64,000 nt of DNA, taken from assembly GCF_009914755.1 (NCBI RefSeq), contig NC_060925.1. The stretch is one strand, 5' to 3'. The first letter of the stretch is position 1. Every line of letters starts with the position of its first letter. The notes beneath the pieces were generated by a model. The model saw nothing but the letters and a program-made list of their open reading frames with translations. It did not search any database and had not been told where the DNA came from. Positions 35,778 to 50,532 of this stretch are shown here, in pieces. The DNA is from the human T2T-CHM13v2.0 reference genome, Homo sapiens. Made by a program: the position numbers and the translations under genes.

Positions 35778-36066
35778 TTGAGTTAGTTCTTAATTAAAAA
35801 AAAAATCCAAGATGTAACACTCTACAGAACTAACTTTGCAATGTAAATGAATGGTGTTTGACAAACAGAATAAATGAATAATGGGTGATTAAATATTTAT
35901 TTGAAGCAATATGTACACTATTTAATTTTAATGGTTTCAGTCACTCATTCATTTTTGTGTGACATCCAAATTAATGGTTTTAATTTTCATAAGAACTTTA
36001 TATTAGGGTCCTTAATACCAACTGGCCATCCAGGTGTAAAAGCTACCTTACATACTTTTAGAAGTT

Positions 36067-36375
<309 letters not shown>

Positions 36376-37111
36376 GAAGCATATGATACATGTAGGTATT
36401 CTTAATCCTACACCAAATATATTCTTATTCCACTTTAAATGGAAAGAGCAATCCCAATATGGTCAACTGTCACCAGAGAAGGACTAGCTCACCACTTAGG
36501 CAATTGTTGGGTGACTTTGAAGGGTGATATTGTTAAGCCACAAAAACCTGAGGGACCCAATCTCCATTATAGATACCAGTTGCACTTTATCTGAAGCACA
36601 AGGTTAAAGATCCCATCAGCAAGGTGGACATTGCTGAGTTCCCTTCTCTGTGCCTCTGTTCCTAACCAGTACTCATTTCCACTCCACTCATTTTCTGAGG
36701 GACTCAGTGTTTCTTTACCAGGATTAATACCTTTCACCAAATTACAGTCAACTTGACCTAGGGATTATTTTATTTTATTTAATGTAAACCCAGTGAGATT
36801 TATTTTACCACTGACAAATAAAGGAATCATATTTCCAATTTTAGACAATGATTGTAGCTTTCAAATTACACCCCATTTAAAAAGCAAAGAACAACAAACA
36901 ATCTCAATCTCTCACTCTCTCTCAATCTTTTATAGAGTCTGCTGTGAAAGCTGAGCTAGCAGTGTTCGCTTGATAATGTCTGAAAAATGGTGATTACCAT
37001 ATAGCTCCAGTAATTTACTCTTGCAAAAATTAGTTGTTCACTTGCTACTGTGTGCCAGGTGTTAGATGTTTCTGTAGTTACAGCAGATTCCAAGACAGAA
37101 AAAAAATAGTC

Positions 37112-37792
<681 letters not shown>

Positions 37793-37800
37793 TTACTTAA

Positions 37801-38130
<330 letters not shown>

Positions 38131-38205
38131 TAAATCGAATAACAGACATAAAAGCATGCAAGGCAAACGGCCACACATTGAACCAGGCAAAGGTGCCTTA
38201 TCTAC

Positions 38206-39887
38206 TGATGGCAGTGGTGGGCTGTCCAGAGCAGCTGCTGCCATGGTGCCAGCTGTGGCAGGCAGGTGCGACTGGTGATAGCAGGAGCAGCTGTGGGAGC
38301 AGCAGTGGTGGCCATGGGTTCCTGTGCCCTGTGTCCCCCATGCCCTGTGTCCCAGAGGCAGCTGACTGTGCTGCCCACTCTTGTCTGGCTGGAGCTACAT
38401 GCTCCACAGAGTCTGTGGGAGCCAGGAACAAGTGGGAACCCTGCCCCTTCTGAGTTGGTGAGGCAGGAGCTACCCGAGAGCAGCTGCTGCCATCCCACCG
38501 TGGCTGCAGACCCAGCATCTCTGCACTCTCTGGGGCCTGGGAAGGTCCCCTGCCCCTGTGAAGGGTTGCAAGTGTCTGCTCCCTCTGCCTGGCTTCTCTC
38601 CACTGTTGATGCCCCACTCCAATCTCAGAGCAGAGTCAGGGCCAAGCCTGGGGGCTGTTGCAGCCTGGCCAGCTGAGCACACACCTGGGGCAGTGCTGAC
38701 ACACCAGCCCCCTGCTGCCTTGCTCTCCTCCAGACTTTGGGCACCAACAAGCATGGGAGGGAGGCTGAGGGGGCGCTGAGGACAGCTGGGTGCTGGCCTG
38801 CAGGTGCTCCTTGGCATGAACAGCCTGGGCACCACGAACCACAGCAGAAGACAGGCTCCTGGGTGGAAGGGGGCTGATGCCCAGGAAAGCCCCACCTTCA
38901 AACTGGGGAGGGCCTGAAGCCTAGGGGCCAGGCCCCCAGTCCCACAGACTGGAGGGGGAACTTGTGGTGCTTTACCCCGGGCCCACACATGAACCAATCA
39001 GCACACACTTCCTCCCCTCTGAGGCCCATAAAAACCTGAGACTCAGCCAGACTCGAACAGAGGGCAGAGAGAAGACAGATGATAGGGAGAGGACAGGACA
39101 ACCAGCTGCAGAGGGGAACTGCCCACCCCAGGGTCTCCTCTCTGCCAAAAGTTGAGGAGATGATGGGGGACCAGCTACAGAAAGGAACTAGACAGCTGAA
39201 CACTCATTGGGGCACACTAGCTATGGAGAGGAGCTGCTCACTGAGGGTCTCCTCTGAGCTGTTCCATTGCTCAATAAACCTCCTCTTCATCGTGCTCATC
39301 CTCCACTTGTCTACATACCTCATTCTTCCTGGATGCAGGAGAAGAACTCAGGACTCGCCAAATAGCAAGGCTAAAAGAGCTGTAATACAAACAGGGCTGA
39401 AACAGGCTCCTTGCTTGCCACATTGCAGGCGAAGAGGAGAGAAGAGCTGTGGCCCCTCAGGGGGCCCAGACCTGGGAGCTCCCCAAGCCAGGGTTGTAAC
39501 TCCCTCTTTGGGGCCCTGCAGTTTCTGGCGTCTTCAAGCTTCTGGGTGCCACCGCATTCCCTCGTGCCAGCTGAGGAAGCTGCTTGAGTTGCACCTGGTT
39601 CAGCCGCAGCCTCACAGAGATCTGGCACCCATGCTGGCACCGGGAGCAGCTGGCGTGTCTTGACTGTGCACAGTGGCCGGACCCCGTGCTCACTCACATA
39701 CCCCTCGCCGTTCTATGCCTGACTCACACTCTCCCTTGGAGGCATGGGATCCAGGCTGGTAGCGTGAGCCGAATACAGCCTTCCAGGACGAGTGGGCCCA
39801 GCGGGCCTGAGCAAAACTCGGGCAAAGGCGCCACTGGCCACAGAGGTTTCTGGCCAGAAAAGCAACAACTGCAAGGATCCCATAACA
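38206..39887 (+). mobile_element. ERV1 solo LTR, MER52-like (about 1.68 kb)
   Basis: TGATGGCAG...CCCATAACA ends, 4-bp TSD CTAC; CCAAT 38994, CATAAAA 39027, AATAAA 39273. Confidence 0.85.
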
Positions 39888-40376
39888 CTACCAGAGCTCA
39901 GGGAAGTTTTGTACTAATATTCTGGGGATGATGTTTGGTGATCTTCTTCTAAACAAGCCATGTAGGACTATCTCCCATTGAAAATGTAGCCTACTTAAAA
40001 TTCCAGGATTTCATGCTAAGATGAATTTTGTTTAAATATAAGGATGCAGCAACATTTTATAAGCTCATTTCATAATGTAAATTGAGGCCAGTAAATCTGA
40101 ATAACAATTGAAATTATAAGCAATTTGGCGAACCCATTTTTCTGGGGAGAAAATGCTTTCATCAGCTTCCCAAAGAGTAGTATTAGTGATTAAGAGCATG
40201 AACGCAGGACACAGTTTTCCTGGGTTTGAGGCCCAGCTGCACCATCTATTAGAAGTGTGACCTTGGACAAGTCATTTAGCTTTTCTTTGTCTTGGTTTTC
40301 TTACTGGTAAAAGAAGGACAATAACAGCACCTGGCTTATAGAGATCTTTCTCCATCACACCCATCTTGTTTTTTAA

Positions 40377-40682
<306 letters not shown>

Positions 40683-41195
40683 CCCATCTTATTTCATAAT
40701 GATATGTTTGATTACTGTTTGTCTTACCCACTAGGTTGCAGGATGAGTCTGTTTAATCTCATCATTTTAGCCCAGTGTCTGACATCACAGTCTCAATAAA
40801 TATTTTGTTAAATACATACATACATAAGTCACAGTCCCCCAAATTTATAGAATTTCTACTATTGGATCTATAAATACAAGAATACCAAGAACACCTTTCT
40901 TTTAATGACTTTGAATTATGTTCCAAATACGATAGATATTCTGGGTTTCAACTTGTTTGTCTTAATTGAACCTCACCTTCCAGGCAAGGCCAGAAAACAA
41001 TACTGGCTAGTTCCCTTAATTCTTTTAAATCACCTCTGTTTTTAAATGTGTCGTCTAGAGGCAAACAAAAGCAAGCTACCAACGTGGATTAGATTACTGA
41101 ACATTGTAATCATTAAACATTAACTAATCTCTTTTTGTAGTTATGAGAAGAGAATTTGTTCTCAATGAACTCTCTACAATTTAAAAATTATTTCT

Positions 41196-41495
<300 letters not shown>

Positions 41496-42074
41496 TAATT
41501 AGTTCTGATTTTCCTCCATGTTCATTATCTACATTTCCAGGATTCAAAGGTAAGACTTTTAAAAGTGGTCGTAAGAGTGCTGTTCCCTCCTATAGCTCAT
41601 TTTTCAAAGTAAAACATTTTAGCAGTTATCAAGTTTAGCTCTTAGTTTACCATTTTAAGCAGATTAAATACCATATTCCTGCCTGTTAAACAAAAATATT
41701 TGGCTGTATTCTTAGGCAAAACCAAACCAAACCAAAAAGCCCCCCAAAAAATTCACAAACCAAACAAAATCCACAAACCAAACCAAACCAAAACAAAAAG
41801 AAAGCAAAACCAGTCACCCAGTCACACCTTATTTGGATTTTTGGAAAAAAAAGTCTTTTAAAAGTCCTTGCAATTAATCCTATAAGTGCTCCCCCCACCT
41901 TTATTTCTTGGATACTGATATTTTCAGTATTTGGAAATAAAGTTTGCTTACTCAACCCTAACTTACGGTGTTGGGTGCTGGCACAGGGCTCCTGAATCCC
42001 CACTCCAAGACTCCTTAGTTTTATGAGGCCTTGGCTCGCTCTTCTTTCTTCTTGTGTCTTGTTTCTTTTTTCTT

Positions 42075-42390
42075 TTCTTCTTCTTCTTCTTTTTTTCTTT
42101 TTTTTTTTTTGGGACGGAGTCTTGCTCTGTTGCCCAGGCTGGAGTGCAGTGGCACCATCTTGGCTCACTGCAACCTCTGCCTCCTGGATTCAAGTGATTC
42201 TCCTGCCTAAACCTCCCAAGTAGCTGGGATTACAGGTACCTGCCACCATGCCCAGCTAATTTTTGTATTTTTAGTAGAGACACAGTTTCACCATCTTGGC
42301 CAGGCTGGTCTTGAACTCCTGACCTTGTGATCCATCTGCCTTGGCCTCCCAAAGTGCTGTGATTACAGGTGTGAGCCACCGTGCCCAGCC
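42075..42390 (-). mobile_element. Alu (S-like)
   Basis: Antisense dimer with CTT-rich tail. Confidence 0.92.
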
Positions 42391-42450
42391 TTCTTCTAGT
42401 AACTTCTTTAAGCCGCAATTTCTGCTCCTCTAAAATAGGGGCAATTATAT

Positions 42451-43367
42451 TGTGAACCCAAAATATCTGAGACGAGTCTCAGTCAATTTAGAACGTTTAT
42501 TTTGCCTACATTAAGGACACGCCCATGGCACAGCCTCAGGAGCTCTTGTCGACATGTGCCCAAGGTGGTGGGGCACAGCTTTGTTTTATACATTTTAGGG
42601 AGACATGAGACATCAATCAATATATGTCAGATGTACATTGGTTCAGTCTGGAAAGGCAGGACAACACAAAGTGGGAAGGGGACTTCCAGGTCATAGGTAG
42701 GTAAGAGACAACTGTTGCATTCTTTTGAGTTTCTGACTAGCCTTTCACCAAATATGCAATTTACAGGAATAGTCACTTACGCCTAGTCTGGCTTAGTGAA
42801 ACTATAGGGCAGAGCAAGCAATCAGATGTGCATTTGTCTCACACGAGCAGAGGGATGACTTTGAGTTCTGTCTGTCCTTTGAGATTTTCTTGTGGGCACA
42901 TTGTGAGGGAGGGAGGTATATAGCTTTCTAAAAAATCTTTGTAGCTATCTTATTTAGGAATAGAATGGAAGGCAGGCTCGTTCAATGGAGTTCCCAGCTT
43001 TAACCTTCCCTTTGGCTCAGTAATTTTGGGGTCCCAAGTTTTTTTTTTTTTTTTTTTTTTTGAGATGGAGTCTTACTCTGTTGCCCAGGCTGGAAGAGTG
43101 CAGTGGCATGATCTCAGCTCACTGCAACCTCTGTTCCCAGGTTCCAGGGATTCTTCTGCCTCAGCCTCCTTAGTAGCTGGGGCTACAGGTGCACACCACC
43201 ATGCCTGGCTAATTTTTGTAATTTTAGTAGAGATGGGGTTTCACTATGTTGGCCAGGCTGGTCTCGAACTTCTGACCTTAAGTGATCCACCCATCTCGGC
43301 CTCCTGAAGTGCTGGGATTACAGGTGTATAATCTGCACTTGACTCCAAGATTTATTTTCCTTTCACA
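42451..43367 (-). mobile_element. ERV1 solo LTR, MER4A-like, containing an Alu (43038-43345)
   Basis: TG...CA ends, TSD ATAT; reverse strand begins TGTGAAAGGAAAATAAATCTTGG. Confidence 0.85.
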
Positions 43368-43847
43368 ATATGAACCCTATGTTATAGGGTGAAGATTAAA
43401 TATGAGATTGTACATAAGAACTTAGAAATTCATCTGACAGTATGTGTAAGCTAAAACCCATTTTTGCATTTAATTTTAGTCCTGTCTACATTTAGGTGCT
43501 AGCATAGTTAGCTAGGTAAAAGATGAACTGTCTTTGGATAATTAAGAATGCTTCTGTCCAGGTGAAGTTTAAAAAAAAAAAAACCTTCTAGAGTCCCTGG
43601 AACAGGTGGCACAAATTCAGCCAATTGATACCCTCCAGTGTCAAGTCTTACAGAGAGAGACAGCAAATCTCTACCTCAGTGCAGGAAGAAAGGGAGAGCG
43701 AGACCTTCCAGGGCTATTGGTTATAATAAAATGACATTCCTTTTTACCTTGTACCTGGTGCCAGGGCCATATCCCACAGATTCAAAATTCAGCTCATTTA
43801 GTACAATCCATATGGGTAATCATAACGGTTGTTGACCTATGTGATAA

Positions 43848-44768
<921 letters not shown>

Positions 44769-45280
44769 ACACTATGAAGGGATTTGAGGGAAGGAAATAG
44801 CGGGGCTCACCTTTGTGACAGGGATCTTCTGGGGGAAAACCCATGGTCACCCCAGTAGACTCCAGAAGTAGTACATCCTTGTTCCAGATCTGGCCCATAG
44901 TTTATATTTGCAAGACTCTTGACTAGCAGGACACAAAGAGCCACCTAATGGGTTTGACACAACCACCAAGACCAGAGAATAATGCATAAAGCTGGAATGT
45001 CAATTTGCTACTGCTATACAGTAGGAGTTGGATATTTAGGTTCACTGATCTCCACTTCTATCTATGAAGACAAATCCACAGGGAAAGAAGTCCCAAATCA
45101 CCAAGAGGTTGTTTGGACCCTAACCTCTAAACAATGGGTTTGTGTTGGATGAGTTTAATGAGAATGAGCTTAATGAGGGGGAAAAAAGCAGGCTAGCAGG
45201 CTATCACCAACTTAAAATAGCAGGTTCTCTCCTACAGAGATAGAGACCCTCGTTAGTCCCAGCCCATCCACAGATATAGT

Positions 45281-46371
<1,091 letters not shown>

Positions 46372-46674
46372 AGTATTCTTGGAACTGTAAATCGCGTTTT
46401 TGTACTAGAAATTCACTGCCCCTTTAGGCACTATGTATTCCTCTAATCTTATTTGTTACTCTTTTACGACTTTAAGAAATACAGAATTTGGTCAGTTTTA
46501 GCTGAGAGAGTAAACTTTGATGACTTGCATCAAACAGGGACTGGCACACAACTCCTGGAATTTCCAGTAAGAGAATGTGAATGGGGGACAGTTGCCGACT
46601 AGGTGCCTGAAAGATCATTTTTCAAGAAACACGTCAACAAACTTTGAGGGATACATGATAATTAAAAAACTAGC

Positions 46675-46776
46675 TTCAACCCGGGAGGCGGAGGTTGCAG
46701 TGAGCTGAGCCAAGATCGTGCCAGTGCGCTCCAGACTGTGCGACAGAGTGAGACTCCGTCTCAAACAAACAAACAA
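46675..46776 (+). mobile_element. 5'-truncated Alu right arm
   Basis: aacccgggaggcggagg...ctccgtctc; TSD aactagc. Confidence 0.88.
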
Positions 46777-46970
46777 CTAGCCCTTATAATCTTTTTTTTT
46801 TTTTTTTAGACAGGTGCATCTTTACACAGTTAAATTTCACTACTTCTTTTTTTGCAGATAAAAACTCAGGATTTGAGAAATGAATAAACATAATAATAAA
46901 TATGAGAAAACCATCATGATTTATCAAGCCTGGATAAATAATTTAATAAGTTCAGCATAGAAGACCTTGC

Positions 46971-47161
46971 TTTTTTTTCTTTCCTCCTTTTCTTCTTCTT
47001 TTTTTTTAACTTATTTATTTCAATAGGTTTTTGGGGAGCAGGTGGTGTTTGGTTACATGAATAAGTTCTTTAGTGGTGATTTGAGAGTTTGGTGCACCCA
47101 TCACCTAGGCAGTGGACACTGCACCCAATGTGTAGTCGTTTATCCCTCACCTACTCTCACC
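46971..47161 (-). mobile_element. L1 3' end (L1PA/L1PB-like), severely 5'-truncated
   Basis: T-rich tail then caataggtttttggggagcaggtggtgtttggttacatg...ggtgcacccatcacc. Confidence 0.8.
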
Positions 47162-48369
47162 CTAGCCCTTATAATCTTAAGATTTTTGGCTATTTAGGGC
47201 CATCTCATTCCTCCCTCCCTTCTTTGTTGCATTCTCTCTCACCTACTCCATTCCCCCCACCTTCCAAGTAAGACCATCTTTGGTAAGATGGTCTTGGTAA
47301 GAATGTGATACGCATTATAATAATTTTTCAAATCTTCAAAATTGAGGTATAATTACATACAATAAAATGAGAATGGCATGCAAATTTGTGCCTTTTTTAA
47401 AGCTTAGTAAATGTCATAATTTGGTTATAGTTTTTATTTTTCTGGATGCATTTGCTTTTCCTTACATCTACCATGCTCAGCCTTACAGAGATTTTTCTAG
47501 ATGAATTTGCTTTTTCTCACATCTACCATGCTCGGCCTTACAGAGCTGCCCTTTATTTTAGAATTCCCTAAAGTGCTGTGTTGTACACAGGGAGCTTCTC
47601 CTGACTGGAACAACCTTACCTGGTACCACTCTTCCTTCAGGACCCAGATTCTTCTTTGAAACCTTTCCCTGGCCCCTTTGAATACTCTAGCTCTTTTAAA
47701 ATGTATGTGGTTCTTTTTTCCCTGTTCAATTATTAATCTAACTAGGTTGTGAGTTCCTCCTCCAAGGACGTGAGGGTGCGATGTAGCTTGTCTGATTTTG
47801 CATTCCAAGTGTGTGCCCCAATGCCTGACACATAGTAGGTGCTCAATATATGTTTACTGTCAATAAGTTACAATTAACACCCCCATATGGTAATTCAGAG
47901 TTTTCATAGCGCGGTCAAACGATCTCATTTAACGCCTACTACAACCCTAAAAAATTCTAATTACTACCATCCTATCATTCTTGTTTGTAGAGTGTGGAGA
48001 CTGAGAGGTTAACTGTCTTGCCCAGCGCAAGTCAACAGCAAAACGGAACTAAAATTTCAGGCTCGACACCACACAGCGTGTCGAGATCAGCACGAACTTG
48101 GCGCTGTGACTTTTCCTTAGAGGGGCCACTTAGGCTTACACTTCCGGATCCTGGGCACACAGAGACGCGAAAAGCTCCCGCGGGAAACTGGGGAGCGGGA
48201 CTACATCTCCCAGAGAGCCCCGGGGCTAAACAGCAGGTGATTGGTTGATATTGACAGCCAATGCGGCTGCGAGGAGCTCGTGCAGACCAATCACAGGCCG
48301 GAAGGGGCGGGACCTCCCACGCCGAGGATAGATTGAGCGCAGAACTAACCGCGCTCTGAAAGGTTCTAA

Positions 48370-48786
48370 ATGTCTGCGGGGCTCAGAGCCGGATGTCACG
48401 TCGTCCTCCTCTGCCGGTTTTCTCTTGGGTCCTTTTCCGTGCCGTCCCGCGACTCCGCCTCTGGCCGCGCGTGTCTGGCTGCTAGGCCGACACCAAGGAC
48501 TGGCCGGGTACCCGGGAAGAAAGCACGTGCTCCAGCAGTTGCCGCGCCCAGCCCCGAGAGAGGCCCTAGGGCGCTGCGGGCTTTCGGGGTCCGCAGTCCC
48601 CCCGCGACGCGAGCCAACGGGAGGCGTCAAAAGACCCGGGCCTTGTGTGGCAGGCTCGCCTGGCGCTGGCTGGCGTGGCCCTTGGCCGTCGTCACCTGTG
48701 GAGAGCACGTCTTCTCTGCCGCGCCCTCTGCGCAAGGAGGAGACTCGACAACATGTCACCCGCGCTCCAAGACCTGTCGCAACCCG
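48370..48786 (+). CDS. MTR uORF1, exon-1 part; out of frame, overlaps the main AUG, ends at TGA 56483-56485 after splicing (141 aa)
   Basis: ATG 48370 stays open to the donor at 48786 (139 codons), then AAG GTC TGA in exon 2; requires a TSS upstream of 48370. Confidence 0.6.
48393..48485 (+). CDS. MTR uORF2 (30 aa)
   Basis: ATG TCA CGT...GGC TGC TAG; MSRRPPLPVFSWVLFRAVPRLRLWPRVSGC*. Confidence 0.65.
   Translation: MSRRPPLPVFSWVLFRAVPRLRLWPRVSGC
48753..48786 (+). CDS. MTR: MTR coding exon 1 (methionine synthase N-terminus)
   Basis: aacATG TCA CCC GCG CTC CAA GAC CTG TCG CAA CCC G|gtaacg; MSPALQDLSQP; 34 nt, joins exon 2 in frame. Confidence 0.95.
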
Positions 48787-49740
48787 GTAACGCTGCGACC
48801 CCGTCTGCGTGGTTGGGTTGTGTTTCTTAACTCGTGCTGTGGCCTCCTAATCCCTGGGGCGATTCCCTTCTGCGGCGGGAGACGCCCGGCGGTGTTTCCC
48901 CGCGTGTGGGCGGCACCTTTAGAACTTAGCGCAGGAGCCCGGAGGGCTACGTGTTTTGCTCCACTCTTTGTCCGACCTTCACCTCTTTCTCCCCAGGCAA
49001 GCCATCAAAACCTGCAAAAAGCGTCCTCCCCTCGCCCCCGAAACACATTCTTAACGTCACAGTAACTAAACTTTCCAGTTCCACGCAGCATAAACCAGCT
49101 GGGCCCTCTGGAAGTTTTTTTTTTTGCATGGTGTGACGCTTATTCGTAAATATGTATTGCGCACCTACTGCGAAAGAAAGTTCAGGCGCGGAGAGACAGA
49201 CGAGGAAACTCAGAGAACTATTTAAAACTACTACATGGAACTTTTTATTTTCTGCTTCTACGCACGCTGCTGCAAAACTGCAATATGCATAGACTCACTA
49301 TGTTAAAATAGATGAGCAGACCCCACCTCCAGATACCGAAATGGGAGGTAGTAATTTCAAGCGATTCTGATGTTGGTGGCCCTGGGATCAACAGTGAGAA
49401 AAAGCTAGTTTAGCACGAGAACTGAACGTAATGTTAGCTTTATAACGAGCTCTAGATCTCTAAGGTCATGCCTGATTATAATTTGAGGACAAATACACCC
49501 GTAAAAACGGGTGAGGAGATGTAGAAACGAGAATTAGTGATAAGTACAAAACAGTAAATATCCTATCACATAGTGGGGATGTTTAGCTTCAGGAAGAGGG
49601 GGAATACTAAATTCGTAACGCACAAGGAAATTTATCAGAGGTTAACCGGTGACTCTCTTGATTCTTGGGTTCTGATAACGGGACTGATATAATTGTTCTT
49701 GAAACTAGTGGAACTGTGGCTGAGAAACACATCACTGCTG

Positions 49741-49890
49741 TTATTAAATAAGATATAAACCTCCCTATGAGAGGTTTATATGTTATTTAATATATTAAAT
49801 AAGATGTAATGAGGTTACATCTTATTTATATTTAATATTTAATTAATAAATGTAAACCTCCCTATAAGAGATTTATATCTTATTGAATAA
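49741..49890. repeat. AT-rich nested inverted-repeat cluster
   Basis: Three stem-loops built from the same AAATAAGATRTAA / TTAYATCTTATTT motif. Confidence 0.85.
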
Positions 49891-50532
49891 ATGATCATAG
49901 GGAGATCATATTTATTTGGAAAACATCTTTTACTCATGATTTCTGGCCTCCCCCTTCCCATTTAATTTAAACAAGTAAAGTTATTTCCCTTTCATCTGAA
50001 TTTAGGTGTCATTATCAGGAGCAAAATGCCACTGAAGACTTAAAATACTGTGAATAGTGAGTGATTTAAAAAAAAAAAATAAACTGAAAGGAAAATTGTT
50101 GAATGTTTGAATCTTGCCTAGTCCCCTCACCCCCAAGGCTGGCTTCTAGAGTTGAGCACTGAGTGGAGTTTAACCAAGTCTAGGGCCTCTGAAGTTCTGA
50201 ATCAGGCCATTGTGCCTAGAAAAGACCTTAGATGTAGTCCAGCTTCTGTCTATGTGAGCAACTTTTATTGGGATTAGAATCAGGTTTTAACTTCCTAATA
50301 ACCCTTAGTAATTTACTGGCGTACAATCTTAATGAAATTTTAATGGAGAGCTGGGAATTCCTGATTCTCAAGGTTGGGCCTTAAAACTAAATGTGACTTC
50401 AGACCATGGTTGTGTGCCCTGGGGAAGGAGGATGGTGGGCTAGCAAATACATCTTGGGAGAAAATTTTAACTACAGCTTCTAAAAGTTTCTTGGTTTCAT
50501 CCTTGCTTAGGACTGTGAGTGTTATTTGGAAC

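Larger units (their letters stand above)
48030..49000. promoter_or_regulatory. MTR: MTR CpG island and TATA-less promoter
   Basis: Abrupt rise in CpG and GC; CCAAT boxes at 48240 (reverse), 48258 and 48287; GC box GGGGCGGGAC at 48304; ETS CACTTCCGG near 48139; E2F-like GCGGGAAA at 48180; ACTACATCTCCCAG at 48200. Confidence 0.9.

Noticed and set aside
38178-39931. Cluster of long overlapping ORFs (up to 194 aa) on both strands
   Set aside because: All lie inside the GC-rich MER52-like LTR, with no recognisable domain or splice structure.
41718-41810. (AAACC)n-like low-complexity tract giving a Phe/Gly-rich ORF
   Set aside because: Simple degenerate microsatellite.
48226-48759. 177-aa antisense ORF across the MTR promoter
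   Set aside because: Expected from stop-codon scarcity in a CpG island; low-complexity Arg/Pro/Gly composition and no supporting gene structure.
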